A DNA stretch of 64,000 bases, taken from the IMG/VR virus record IMGVR_UViG_3300027747_002579, positions 32,001 to 96,000 of that record; one strand, written 5' to 3'. Below are positions 11,601 through 19,852 of the stretch, piece by piece (position 1 is the stretch's first letter; each line of letters opens with the position of its first letter). A model generated the notes under the pieces. That model was not told where the DNA came from and did no database searches. It was given only the letters and a program-made list of their open reading frames with translations. Origin of the DNA: a virus. The position numbers were made by a program, and so were the translations under genes.

Positions 11601-14600
11601 AGAATTAGATAAGATTGGGTTACCATATACTGATGTTGTTGCTAATGATAAAGGGTCTACATATTTTGTAATTACAAAAGATAGTCAACAACATGAAATA
11701 TTAAGGTTGATTAAAACTGGAGATGCATTAGTTAAACCTATGTTAACTAAAGGTAAATGGATTAATCATCTTATAAAAACACAACCACAAGATCTTTATA
11801 ATTTTGTTGATGCAGAACTAGCTGCTTTAGAAACATCTCCTATTGTTAAAGAAACCGCAGAAACTTTAGCAGCAAGAAGATTAGAAGAATTATCAAACTA
11901 TTATGACACCTTTGGTGAAGAAGGTGATTTATTATTTCAAGGTATAGATACTCCTAGTGGTATTGAAAATACTCAAGAATTTAAAGATGCTGTAAAAGTA
12001 ATATATGATAAATATGATAAATTATTAGCTGATCTAAAAGAAACATCTCCTGCTGAAGAAACAGAAGTTACACCAATTAGTCCTTCTCAACAATTAACAG
12101 AAAATGAACAACAGGATATATCTAATGAGTTAGACAATCTTGATGTTTCAACAGACAAAAGAGAAGAAGCAAGAAAAAAACTAAAAGAAGAACTAAAAAG
12201 ATTTGAACCAGAGAATTGGGAACAATTAACTAAATGGCTTAAGAAATTCTTTCCAAATGTTCCTGTATATAGAGTGAAAAATATAATCACGTCTATAGAT
12301 GGAAAAGAAGAAGTTTGGGGAATGTTTAAAGACGGAGCAATATATGTTTATGAAAATGCAGAAATAGGAACTGTCTATCACGAGGTGTTCGAAGCAGTGT
12401 GGAAAATGTTCTCTTCTCCAGAAGAACAAAAAGCAATAATAGATGAATTCAGACAGAGAAAAGGAACATTCATAGACAGACCTACAGGAGAAACAATTAA
12501 ATACTCTGAAGCAACTCCACAACAAATAAAAGAACAACTTGCTGAAGAATTCAGAGATTATATTCTGTATAAGAAAATCCCAGCAAAGCCCACATACGGA
12601 AAACCATTCATTCTGAAACTATTTTCAGATTTAGTGAATTTTATAAAAGAGTTTTTTACAGGAAATAAAGCACAAATTAATACAGCCAATCTATTTGAAA
12701 AAATAAGCACAGGACATTACAATAAACCATCTTTGTATACATCAGCTCTTGCATTAGCAAACAAAGGAGTGATTGATATAGACAGCGTGTTTGCTTCAAA
12801 CTTTAGTGAGTTTAGATTGAAAGGAATTAGACCAAATGTTGTTGGTGACACTCTTCAACAAATGACTTATTCCATTCTCTATGATTTTGTTCAAGGGAAC
12901 AAAAGCTTCTTCAATATTTCAAAACTAGACAAAACAGTTTATGAAAAAATACAAAAAGATGTATACAACACATTTCTTGTAAAATTAAAAACCATAAGAG
13001 AAGAACTAAAAGAACAAGAAAAAGACAAAGAAAAAAACAAGGTGAAAATTGATGTTTTAAACAATCAATTTAATGAATTAGGCTCTATGTATTTAAAAAC
13101 TAAAGAGCAATGGGACGGTATGGTGGAAGAGCACATAGAGTATTTAAAGCCATACAACATTGAGTTTGAAGACGAGGACAAGAATGAAGATAAAGAAGGA
13201 AGAGGAGATTATCAAGATGCAAGTACAATGGATGCTTTCAAGAAAGCTGATGGTGCTATAAAACTTCTTTTGTCTACGTTAGTGAGGGGAACCCTCAAAG
13301 ATGGAAAAAGAGAAACTGGAGAATCTTCTATAGGAGGAGTTACACTACTTCCTCTCACTGAAGTTTTCATAAAGGTGAAAGAAAATGTATACACATCAAG
13401 AACTCCTGAAGAAATGATTGAGAGGATTCGTAAAATGGCTTTGAAAGACTCTAACTATCGCACTCTATACAAACGTCTTACTAAGACAGAATTTATCACC
13501 AACACTTTTAATCCACAAGATTTAGAGAAAGGACATCAGTTGCAGCTCATACAAGCATTGTGGAAAGTGATGAAGCAACAAAAACCTTCTGTTAAAAACC
13601 TATACATATTTGAAAATGGTGAAATTGAAGTGGGTGATTCCAACTTCTCTTCTCAAATCAGAGAACAGAGAAATGAAATAGAAGCAGTTCTTCAAGAAAA
13701 ATTAAGAAATTCTGAAAATCAATATTATTATTATAATGAAAAGTCTGAATATTACGTACGTAAAGCAAATTATGATTCACGTAATTTAGGAAGAACTAAT
13801 GAAGAAACTCTTTCAAATGAATTAAATTCTTTTGGAATTTCTTTCACAAAAGAAGAAATTTTAAAGATAAAAGAAAACGACAGTAGGAAGTATAATATTT
13901 TAAAAGACGCTGTAGAAGGTCTTAAAACTTCTATAAGCCTAGCTCCTGAACTTAAAGCAATTAGTTCAAAATATTTAGATATTAACAAAAGACTTACACA
14001 AATTGCAGCAGTGAGAGTTTCTTTAGACAACCCTGAATATTCTAGTACATTCTTTAATGTAAAAGGAGAACGTGTTCAAACTTTTATTGGAGAAAATGCA
14101 ATGAGTTCTTTATTCAATACACTTTCACAAATTGAAAACCTTAGTGAACTACAAGGAACAAACTTTGAATATCTTCTTACAGATGCATTTTCACAAAACT
14201 CTCGTCTATTAAATGAAATGTTTCATCCAATTAATAATGAAGATCCAAATTCAGGAAAAAAGAAAGTGGAAAACTATGATGACTTATTGTTTACAATTGG
14301 TTGGCAAGATGGAATGATTAATGAACAAACAGGAAAGAATAAACAATCTTCACAACTAAATTATAAAGAAAGACTTATACAAGAACTAAACCTTAATTTA
14401 AAAGGATGGTTTCTTAATCTTGTTCCTGGAGATGCTAGTTTGGAATGGATGGTGTTTATGGGAAATTTCACATCTCCTGAATCTATTAGTAAAGGAGATT
14501 GGACATCTGTGTATAGTAGATTTAGATCATTTCTATATTCTGAAATAGAGACTTCTAGAGAAGACAGAAGTATTGTAAAACTTAGCAAAGAACAAGTTGA

Positions 14601-17600
14601 AAAAGGTGCTACACAAAGAGACTCAAAAGATTTAAGATTTTTCAAAGGAATTCTTTCAGAAAGTCTTCATAACGAACTTGTAAATTCCACTAAAAGTATT
14701 GCTGAGATCCATTTTGCATACAAAGACAAAATAGACGAAGAAGTAAAAAAATACATTTATGACAAAGCGGCAAATGAAAAAGCAACACTAACTGACTATG
14801 GTATAATAGGACAAAGAAAAGAAAAGGACGGTAAGGCTGGAACCTATTATGCCAATGGATTAAATTTTGAAGATGATCAAAATGTTCCAATAGAAAGTAT
14901 TGATAGTCTTATTTTATCAAATGTTATTAATTACACTGTTGCAAACATTGATCTTCATAAACTAATTTATTCTGATCCCTATCAATACAAGGATGAATTA
15001 AAACGTACAAAACTTTTCAACTCTCCTCACCAACCACTTATTGGAAACTCTGATGGAATGAATAAAGCCTTCTCTAAGTTTTATAATGAAGGATATGAGA
15101 AAGGTGATGTTCACTGGACAGAGTTTGAATCAGACATACTTAGATCAATCACTTATGATGATATACGAGGAGTGAGTGATAAAGGTGTTTGGGACGAAGG
15201 TGATGGAGGAGGAAAAATTATTTTCAAAGCATATAGACAATTTAGAATTAGAGAAAGTAATTGGAGTGATGATAACGAGTTGCAATACAGATATGACGTA
15301 GCTTGGGAAAAGAGATATAAGAACGAACAACTTCCTAAAGAAGAACAAAAACCTCTTTCTGAAAAAGAACAAGAACTTTTAAAGAATGGTAATCCAGGAG
15401 TTGCAGATACATATACAGCTACAAAGCCTAAAATGGCAGGCAACAAAGCAAATGGTAAATCTTACAATGATGTGTTATTAGACAAATGTGCGTTGTTCCC
15501 TATATCATTTAGAGTGATGATGGAAATAAATCCAACAGCAAATGCATTGAAGCTTTACAACAAAATGCAAAGAGAAAAGATAGACTATGTAATATATAAG
15601 AGTGGTAGAAAAGTGGGAGCTGAAGAAACAAATCCTGTATACACTGATAAGGGAGATTTTGATGAAACTCCATTTAAGGGAGTGGTAAATGTTCCATTTA
15701 GTATAATAAGTAGACAATCAGAAACTCCTTCAAAAGAAAGTTCAAAAACAAAAATGGGTAGTCAAATCACTAAGATTGGCACTACAAACTTTACAGAAGC
15801 TGGCGTACCAATTGATTTTGCAGACTTTAATAAATCCACTAAGTTTTCTCCAGAACGTTTTTTAGAATGGATGAATCTCACTCCTGAAGAAAAAGAAACA
15901 AGATCTCCTATACACAAAGAACTTCAAAACAACAAAAAACTCATTGATGAAATGAGAAATAACAATTACAAGTCTTTGTTGAAGAAGTTTGGTATAAAAG
16001 AATTTGGAAAGAAGGGTGAGGAGAAAATATACACAATTGATGATGTTAAAAAAACTGTTAAGTTGTTAAGAAAAAATCTTTCTTCTATTAACAACAACAT
16101 GATTGACGCATTAGAAGATTTTGAAAATGGTACAACAATACTAGAAGCTACAAACTCCTATCAACAATTAAGAAATGTTCTCTTTGCAATTGCTGATAAA
16201 CAAGTGATTAGTCCTAAAATAACAGGAGCACAATTAGTACAGATGTCTTCAGATATGTTAGAATCAGTGAGAGCTGAAAAAACAACAATCAATGGAAAAA
16301 CAGGATATACATCAGATGTATTAAAGTTTTATGAAGACAAAGATGGTCAAAGAGTTTGTGAAATAATGGTGAGAAGATGGTTTGACAGTGATATGTCAGA
16401 CAAAGAGTTGATGGATTATTTTAATAATAATCCAGAAGGACAAAAACAAATTGCTGCTCTTGCAGGAATTGCCTATCGTATTCCAACACAAAACAAAAAC
16501 TCTATTGATGTCTTCAGAGTTGCTAAGTTTCTTCCACAAGAGTTTCGTGATGTTGTAATTGTTCCATCTGAATTAGTTCACAAAGTGGGATCTGACTTTG
16601 ACATTGATAAGTTGTTTATTTATTTAAAAAACATTGTTACAGGAAGAGATGGTAAACCTAAGCTTATAGAATTTTTAGATGATAATAATTCTACAATAGA
16701 AGAAAGATATCTTAATTGGATAAGAAGTAATGCAAATCTTGATACTAGAAATTACATAAAATTTTTAACTAAAAAATCTGTACAAAATCTTAAATCTAAT
16801 TTTGAATTAGTTCTTTCTAAGATTAAAGCTGATTATAAATTTATTGGAAAAGAAGAAAAAGAAGATCTTTTTCAAACATCATTAGAAACTTCAAAATCTA
16901 ATATAGAATATGAAATATTTGACCAAGAAGCATATCTTCAAGAATTATTTGATATGGGGAAAAAGGTTTTCTGGAGAATGTCAGATGAAACTAGAGGACC
17001 TTTTTGGGAAGTAAGAGATTTTATTAGAAGTAGAAACATTAAAGGTCCTGATGAGATTAAAAGATATCTTTCTCTCACAATTGCTTTATTAGAAGATGAA
17101 ACTACAATAGAAGATGATATTATAAAACTTGAAGGATTAGAAAAAATTTATTCTGAAGAACTCAGAGTGATAGGAGAAACAAATGAAATTATTAATAGAA
17201 TAAAAAAAGAAGCTCTTGATAATTTTAGAAAGAATAAAAAAGTATTAAGTGAAGCTCTTAGAGTAGATAGATCAGCTGAATTTGAAGAATCTTTTGATAT
17301 TTATAAAAACATTAAGTCTCAAATAAGTCTTGAAGCTGCTGAAGAAATTGCGAACATTGATGGTTTGTATACATTTGAAGATTTTAAAAAACTATCTAAA
17401 TATGAACAAAACAATATAGAAGCTTTAGAAAACGCATACATATCTTCTCTAGAAGTACTAACTTCTCATCCTTTAAACTATGAAAAATTAACATCTCCCA
17501 ACTCAGCAAAAGAACTACAAGATTTGTCAATAGAAATTGTTAACAAACTTGGACTTGGTGCATTTGATTATACAAAAACATCAAACTTGTTAGATAGAAG

Positions 17601-19851
17601 ATTTATGTCAAGAATCAGACATGCCTTTGTAACAGGAAAAAAAGCAATAGGTGTTGCAGCAACAACACAAACAGGTCACTCATTATTTCAAAAAGCATTT
17701 ATATATTTAAATGAACTTAATATAAAGAACTTAGACAAAGAAGATCAAGCGTTTGTTGGTGATGGTAAACTTAATTTCTTTAAAGAGAATGGTGATCCCA
17801 ACTTTAATACAGTGAAAAAAGATGGACAAATACTAACCACTTTGTCTATGATAAAAGACCAAGCTGGAAAATTCATTACAGATACTATAGGAATGTTTAT
17901 TGATGGATATGTGGATATTGCTAATGGTCCATGGATTATGGAACTTGGTGCCACACCAAATGTTGCTCCCACATTCTTGTTTCTTGTGAGAGCAGGGGTG
18001 CCTATCAAGACCATTGCATATTTTATAAACCAACCCATCATTCGTGACTATTTGAAATTGATGGAAACTGAAGGATTTTCTTGGTTGTTTGTTGATAAAC
18101 TAATTGAAGAAATAAAATCTTCAGAAAAATATATAGTTTCTAAAGATGCAAACGTCACTCCTATTTCTCAAATACCTAGCGACACAACGTTACTTGAAAC
18201 AATAGGTAAGAAAACATTATCTGCTCAAGAAAAAACAGAACAGAAATATATACTTGATGAGTTTTTAAAATATGCAAAGATGGCAGATCAATTGTTTAAT
18301 GTTACACAAGCAACAAACTTTGATACAGCAACAATTAACGATCCTATTCTTGTATTCAAGAAAATAGAACAAGTGAAGAAAGCTCAAAATTCTATAATAA
18401 GTTCTGTAGATGATGTTTTAGAAAGTTCATTCTTAGGAAACTTATTAGATACAATGAAGAAATTGAGAGATGCTTTTGGTGAGATATTAATTTCTGATAA
18501 ACAAGGATTGATGAGGAATGTAACAGAAAACATTCTTCTTCCATACATTAAAATGGATGATAGAGACTTTACACAACTTGCTCAAAAACTTGTAAGTAAT
18601 TTATTTGATTGGGCAGTGCAAGTGGGAGATGAGAAACTAAATTCAGAAATAAATAGAATTCTTCTTTCTAAAAAAGGAACAGCTTACCAAATGCAAGAAT
18701 TTGCAAATAGTGTAAAAGCTAACCCTTTACACCCTTTGCACAATAATCAAGTGATAGAATTATTATTATCAAATGTTGCAGATAAAGACAATAAGCCTAA
18801 CAATCTTAAAATTAAGGTGAAGGATAATAAAGTGTATAACCAAAACCAGATGATTTATTCTTTTGCAGAAATTAAAGAATACCTAAACAGTAATGCAGGA
18901 AGAAAAGGACTTCCTTCTTATGATGATTTTGTAAAACTATCAGTGTTACAATCAGGGACATTGAATTCTCCAATATCATTTACATCACTAATTCCTTATG
19001 ATGATTTCAAGAAATTATATGCAACAACAATTTCTAAATTACCATTCAGCAGCGATGTAAATATGTTTAAAAATCTTGATGTTTTCCAAAGAAACAATTG
19101 GAATAATTCAGAAATTGTTCCTAAAAAGAAAGCAAAATGGGTATTTAACGAGTCTTTTCAAAGTTTTAATTACATAAATGATAATTTGAGATATAACGAT
19201 TATTACAAGGACGTAGCAAACGCAATTAAAAACAATATTATTCCTGATGTTATAGCTCTTTCAACATTAACACAAGATGCTCATTTAGACATAGTTTCAT
19301 ATTCTTGGGAAAAACCATTAGTAGACCTACTCACTGAAGAAGAGTTAAAAGCCAATCCTGATGAATTTCAAAGAATAGCATTAGGAAGAAAGAAACAAAA
19401 AGAAATGAAGAGAAAAGCAGATTTTTCATACCTATCTAAAGGACTGTTCAAAAAGGTTTATCTTGCTCCCAACGAACCTTACATGCTATTGGATGAAAAA
19501 AAGGGAGACAAGGGTAACAAGTTTGTTTACAAGATGATAAATGCTTGGGGAGATTCTTTCAGAGCAAATGAATTCTATGATGTTCCAAGGATGTCTATTA
19601 TTGATAACGGTTTTGAAAAAACAAGAGAAGTGAGTGATGCTGATATTATTAGTTATTTCACAGGCAACGTTTCTACAGAAGATACAATGTTTGATGGATT
19701 AACAGACTTCTCTGATGAAAGAAAACAAGAAATATTAACTAACTTTGGCAAGAAGCACAACATGACAAAAGAGCAATCTAAGTATTATATTAATTATGCT
19801 CTTCAGATAGACACACAAAAGAAAATCAACAAATTAAAAGAATGTTACTAA
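5617..19851 (+). CDS. Giant virion RNA polymerase polyprotein (crAss-like, phi14:2 gp66-type catalytic domain) with zincin-like domain
   Basis: 4744 aa; YRIPTQ (~16474) and GSDFDIDKLF (~16588-16617) catalytic motifs; HEVFE...EQLAEEF zincin-like segment (~12379); hydrophobic Ala/Gly-rich N-terminal region and long coiled coil. Confidence 0.9.
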   Translation: MPEQINVENQQGSNQEIINQNFPKEPVPKKTSNDVEIEKLNEMLLKNILKQGPIQKSDFPVVSTKDIPTSGRFPLYFPGRDNEEMYAQGQSVAEKARNGVIQMAGIAGTTFINGTVGLVNGVTEIFKQKGKLSAFYDNDMTRSFDEFNNSWNDKYALYKTERERSGSWWEPENLFTANFLFDNIVKNMGFMAGAAASGFTFGAAFKAMGLTAKLMSAGTKMAAAADATIAAEVASPNIAKLSSVTSKLENLWNGAKQQVGKGLMKADQGIVAFLGTTGEAGMEALGNSQEFRKNMIDEFVKTHGYSPTENDLKEINKSAESVGNWSLGLNVALLTATNYIQFPKMLGSSYKAEKGIINELGNKLFADMRFDKTLGKYVSNLPEKGFGKLLYKTGKIGSLFFNRAEAFEEGAQFAIQTGTQNYFDKKYRDHEASFLDDGLLAGAKEALTTDEGLLNIFTGGFSGALSSSGAIGLKKDEQGRLKPSLFGTGKIGERGFTGYGGEEGKLREEKIAALNKSLLKDNLTKAYSSVKAAEIIQKQREEAIRRGDILESKDLEFDYAHTFIEPRLKYGASGTIFSEIKELKQQAQEDFAALKEKGTAAETDTQESFIARLDNLKAHAEHAIKVYDSVNLKYKGLVDKDGKRVYSDEVLEKLVYAGSKIFDYNRRVPQLAGKLLSKGITTAQASLDEYVKDNPSTEAVEKTLAEIEDAKNEKNLTEDDKKDLRRDFQDLQELSLRRKQFLNEYKDIVEAPKKYEVEKKKKEETIVDDAGNTVPKPIPTIKVKTKKGERDIEIGTEYMLGKRIFKSSFGESEVFKYTTYPTLTVIKENADGTIKIKDANGQERDVDKDVLLNYNLAKVSTVESNIKAKFYKDRINKIYKYYGKKKTITDNNGNKLQVPVEGMLGWSDKTRTLLFTYMDGAGKIKTIEVDGKDFVASEGFAQAKMVEIGEVKPGEEYKFNTPEEKQITPTQTEEEKKQLAEVIAEESRESLLEKKVNNRITIIEKLITDAKSALKEANNKIEANKKKLEKLREQLEKDEQRFEELSNAKKPTKEARLELQRTLDAIKLASEQIPFVEKMIANLTEEEEEFDRQIEYLTSMLENVKEMPTDVKDVIQEFEDNIKDLNETRETIQQSIKTGNDILSSLKDLLTTSLKKLSDFVSKLKSENKIPVVIDEYLENLEKFYGEEGAKQFIAEKLGYTEAVLALQNQITLLEDELKIPSSKSRSENIQKNLKELEESYKKLSSEQRVKESFLMAFKNVIKEAEKRKQEEEVFKDENVIKGITDTADVSILNKTVDVENGEQDTFEPGNRKEDLQVVSSTTPTLTDLPHHKRANLFGVRFPKLKNKANIRGIIVTSKNEASLGLVPKNEKGEYDANKGLMVHLKGTSSVDPTQTIALVMVEQNEDGTFHFIDENGEKIENPSPENTIYQVFPATLDWSEQYKGQSMFRKGIDDNVKTALSTQFEAWRTKTLLSPSDTLHEIQASWGNPVYVTYKEINKEGKEVEQRDYRAKTSLEDAQLVSESEIPSADVQVVTKNDLFAKGNFSISKSLGRVILVLSNSIVKLNNRRLNKNQALTIYKVLKALSENVQKNKNLKDEKSQSMLNWLKSTIYWGSKGMSESASVSQLWFNRTEDGLYLFFGKSGKQFEFKSSSIEDNKLEIIGLLEEMYTNTNSTMLANSVAKTKIYKEIIDIDEDGNLVFREWENYKTYLISKRYQELKFNEVTKEERWVFTTDRNDIPLTTNMRPIKTDVEGDVNKQAVYFTVTDLQKDYTIPEKKAVITPIAPVTPQAAQPAPTAPSAPIVTPTPVVVVATQPIVSKENRLIVDGVTENTSPEGYIFTYNGATGGFKFNIDKTEDKIGIEGMKKLYAAMGTTVKELDELGDEEYFAKFNIYIFNKVLPLIEKEALLQQQEKEALAQEEKKKQEAEKAEQAPEAPAGSTDAKADIEAKKADAQTVKNRMQEIEKQPVSINITQDASGKMEQTSEEVISQIKSELDKIGLPYTDVVANDKGSTYFVITKDSQQHEILRLIKTGDALVKPMLTKGKWINHLIKTQPQDLYNFVDAELAALETSPIVKETAETLAARRLEELSNYYDTFGEEGDLLFQGIDTPSGIENTQEFKDAVKVIYDKYDKLLADLKETSPAEETEVTPISPSQQLTENEQQDISNELDNLDVSTDKREEARKKLKEELKRFEPENWEQLTKWLKKFFPNVPVYRVKNIITSIDGKEEVWGMFKDGAIYVYENAEIGTVYHEVFEAVWKMFSSPEEQKAIIDEFRQRKGTFIDRPTGETIKYSEATPQQIKEQLAEEFRDYILYKKIPAKPTYGKPFILKLFSDLVNFIKEFFTGNKAQINTANLFEKISTGHYNKPSLYTSALALANKGVIDIDSVFASNFSEFRLKGIRPNVVGDTLQQMTYSILYDFVQGNKSFFNISKLDKTVYEKIQKDVYNTFLVKLKTIREELKEQEKDKEKNKVKIDVLNNQFNELGSMYLKTKEQWDGMVEEHIEYLKPYNIEFEDEDKNEDKEGRGDYQDASTMDAFKKADGAIKLLLSTLVRGTLKDGKRETGESSIGGVTLLPLTEVFIKVKENVYTSRTPEEMIERIRKMALKDSNYRTLYKRLTKTEFITNTFNPQDLEKGHQLQLIQALWKVMKQQKPSVKNLYIFENGEIEVGDSNFSSQIREQRNEIEAVLQEKLRNSENQYYYYNEKSEYYVRKANYDSRNLGRTNEETLSNELNSFGISFTKEEILKIKENDSRKYNILKDAVEGLKTSISLAPELKAISSKYLDINKRLTQIAAVRVSLDNPEYSSTFFNVKGERVQTFIGENAMSSLFNTLSQIENLSELQGTNFEYLLTDAFSQNSRLLNEMFHPINNEDPNSGKKKVENYDDLLFTIGWQDGMINEQTGKNKQSSQLNYKERLIQELNLNLKGWFLNLVPGDASLEWMVFMGNFTSPESISKGDWTSVYSRFRSFLYSEIETSREDRSIVKLSKEQVEKGATQRDSKDLRFFKGILSESLHNELVNSTKSIAEIHFAYKDKIDEEVKKYIYDKAANEKATLTDYGIIGQRKEKDGKAGTYYANGLNFEDDQNVPIESIDSLILSNVINYTVANIDLHKLIYSDPYQYKDELKRTKLFNSPHQPLIGNSDGMNKAFSKFYNEGYEKGDVHWTEFESDILRSITYDDIRGVSDKGVWDEGDGGGKIIFKAYRQFRIRESNWSDDNELQYRYDVAWEKRYKNEQLPKEEQKPLSEKEQELLKNGNPGVADTYTATKPKMAGNKANGKSYNDVLLDKCALFPISFRVMMEINPTANALKLYNKMQREKIDYVIYKSGRKVGAEETNPVYTDKGDFDETPFKGVVNVPFSIISRQSETPSKESSKTKMGSQITKIGTTNFTEAGVPIDFADFNKSTKFSPERFLEWMNLTPEEKETRSPIHKELQNNKKLIDEMRNNNYKSLLKKFGIKEFGKKGEEKIYTIDDVKKTVKLLRKNLSSINNNMIDALEDFENGTTILEATNSYQQLRNVLFAIADKQVISPKITGAQLVQMSSDMLESVRAEKTTINGKTGYTSDVLKFYEDKDGQRVCEIMVRRWFDSDMSDKELMDYFNNNPEGQKQIAALAGIAYRIPTQNKNSIDVFRVAKFLPQEFRDVVIVPSELVHKVGSDFDIDKLFIYLKNIVTGRDGKPKLIEFLDDNNSTIEERYLNWIRSNANLDTRNYIKFLTKKSVQNLKSNFELVLSKIKADYKFIGKEEKEDLFQTSLETSKSNIEYEIFDQEAYLQELFDMGKKVFWRMSDETRGPFWEVRDFIRSRNIKGPDEIKRYLSLTIALLEDETTIEDDIIKLEGLEKIYSEELRVIGETNEIINRIKKEALDNFRKNKKVLSEALRVDRSAEFEESFDIYKNIKSQISLEAAEEIANIDGLYTFEDFKKLSKYEQNNIEALENAYISSLEVLTSHPLNYEKLTSPNSAKELQDLSIEIVNKLGLGAFDYTKTSNLLDRRFMSRIRHAFVTGKKAIGVAATTQTGHSLFQKAFIYLNELNIKNLDKEDQAFVGDGKLNFFKENGDPNFNTVKKDGQILTTLSMIKDQAGKFITDTIGMFIDGYVDIANGPWIMELGATPNVAPTFLFLVRAGVPIKTIAYFINQPIIRDYLKLMETEGFSWLFVDKLIEEIKSSEKYIVSKDANVTPISQIPSDTTLLETIGKKTLSAQEKTEQKYILDEFLKYAKMADQLFNVTQATNFDTATINDPILVFKKIEQVKKAQNSIISSVDDVLESSFLGNLLDTMKKLRDAFGEILISDKQGLMRNVTENILLPYIKMDDRDFTQLAQKLVSNLFDWAVQVGDEKLNSEINRILLSKKGTAYQMQEFANSVKANPLHPLHNNQVIELLLSNVADKDNKPNNLKIKVKDNKVYNQNQMIYSFAEIKEYLNSNAGRKGLPSYDDFVKLSVLQSGTLNSPISFTSLIPYDDFKKLYATTISKLPFSSDVNMFKNLDVFQRNNWNNSEIVPKKKAKWVFNESFQSFNYINDNLRYNDYYKDVANAIKNNIIPDVIALSTLTQDAHLDIVSYSWEKPLVDLLTEEELKANPDEFQRIALGRKKQKEMKRKADFSYLSKGLFKKVYLAPNEPYMLLDEKKGDKGNKFVYKMINAWGDSFRANEFYDVPRMSIIDNGFEKTREVSDADIISYFTGNVSTEDTMFDGLTDFSDERKQEILTNFGKKHNMTKEQSKYYINYALQIDTQKKINKLKECY

Positions 19852-19852
19852 T

